From: Dudresnaya verticillata
Taxonomy: Eukaryota
Length of the DNA stretch: 64,000 nucleotides
Direction: 5' to 3'
Assembly: GCA_977862235.1 (NCBI GenBank)
Contig: OZ374564.1
Span: 2,170,001-2,234,000 of the forward strand
The position numbers and the translations under genes were made by a program. Shown here in pieces: positions 63,331-64,000 of the stretch (positions are counted from its first letter, which is position 1; each line of letters opens with the position of its first letter). The notes beneath the pieces were generated by a model. That model did not search any database. It had not been told where the DNA came from and saw only the letters and a list, made by a program, of their open reading frames with translations.

Positions 63331-64000
63331 CGCTCCCGCTCACCCGGATTGCGCGTCGCACTGTCCTCACCACTCGAAAGGCCCCGGAGCCACACCCCGC
63401 TCTCGCCAGCCACGCACTCACTACGTAGCTGCTCATTTCGATTGCCTCGGAGCATCCGATCGCCCAGTGCCGCTCGGCGCACATCGCAGCCCAACTTCGT
63501 GATCCTCGACTTCGTATTTCACGACGTCGCGCACGACCACAGCCCCGACACACACACATGCCTCGGAGCAGATGGCCGCCACCTCGCACATGACGCTACC
63601 GCAGCTGCGCACTCTCGATGACACGCGACACACGCCAACGCAACCCGCCGCGCCACTCTCGGCCGCGCGCCGCACGACACCGAGGTCCTCGGAGACGACA
63701 CGCCACCGCATCAACGAGACGCGATCACGACGCACTTGCCCTCACGAAGTTGCGCTCCACGCCGTCGGGCGGTGTCGACCACCCCCGCCCCAAACCAGCT
63801 CCCCTCGTGAAATCCGCAAAGGCGCACCGCGCGCACCCGGTTGCACCGCGGCACTCGCATTACAGGTGCTGACACCGCGACGGACGGACGGACACGGTGC
63901 CCGATCCGTAATTTGTCATACGCGCCTGACGTCATACTTCGAGGCCGATGCCACCCGCAACGCGCACTTCGACTTCGCAACCCGCGCCTCACTTGCGACA

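Larger units (their letters stand above)
55355..64000 (+). mobile_element. Ty3/Gypsy chromovirus 3, near-intact, 3' LTR outside the window
   Basis: LTR-PBS-gag-PR-RT-RH-IN-chromodomain, with only two stops and one frameshift visible. Confidence 0.97.

Overview
This is a eukaryotic, transposon-saturated window; the element types and the WD40 remnant suggest a red alga (inference, no taxonomic marker present). It holds three Ty3/Gypsy LTR retrotransposons (two decayed on the minus strand, one near-intact chromovirus on the plus strand running off the right edge), a dense nest of solo and partial LTRs (15.2-25.5 kb), one CRE-type non-LTR retrotransposon (RT plus restriction-like endonuclease), three decayed Sola-like (DUF7869-type) DDD transposase genes, a decayed Ulp1 protease plus MuDR-type zinc-finger gene, and pseudogenes of a YHM2-like mitochondrial carrier and a WD40 protein. 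The standout, not obvious from the ORF track because it is broken by stops and frameshifts, is a ParB-like domain fused to a prokaryote-type beta-class DNA amino-methyltransferase (TDPPY ... VLDAYGGTLTT) at 28329-30936. It sits in a scaffold (shared terminal block plus a shared unknown gene) that also accompanies the Sola-like transposases, suggesting a large cargo-carrying DNA transposon with its own DNA methylase. All alignments were made by eye. No RNA genes or CRISPR arrays were found.
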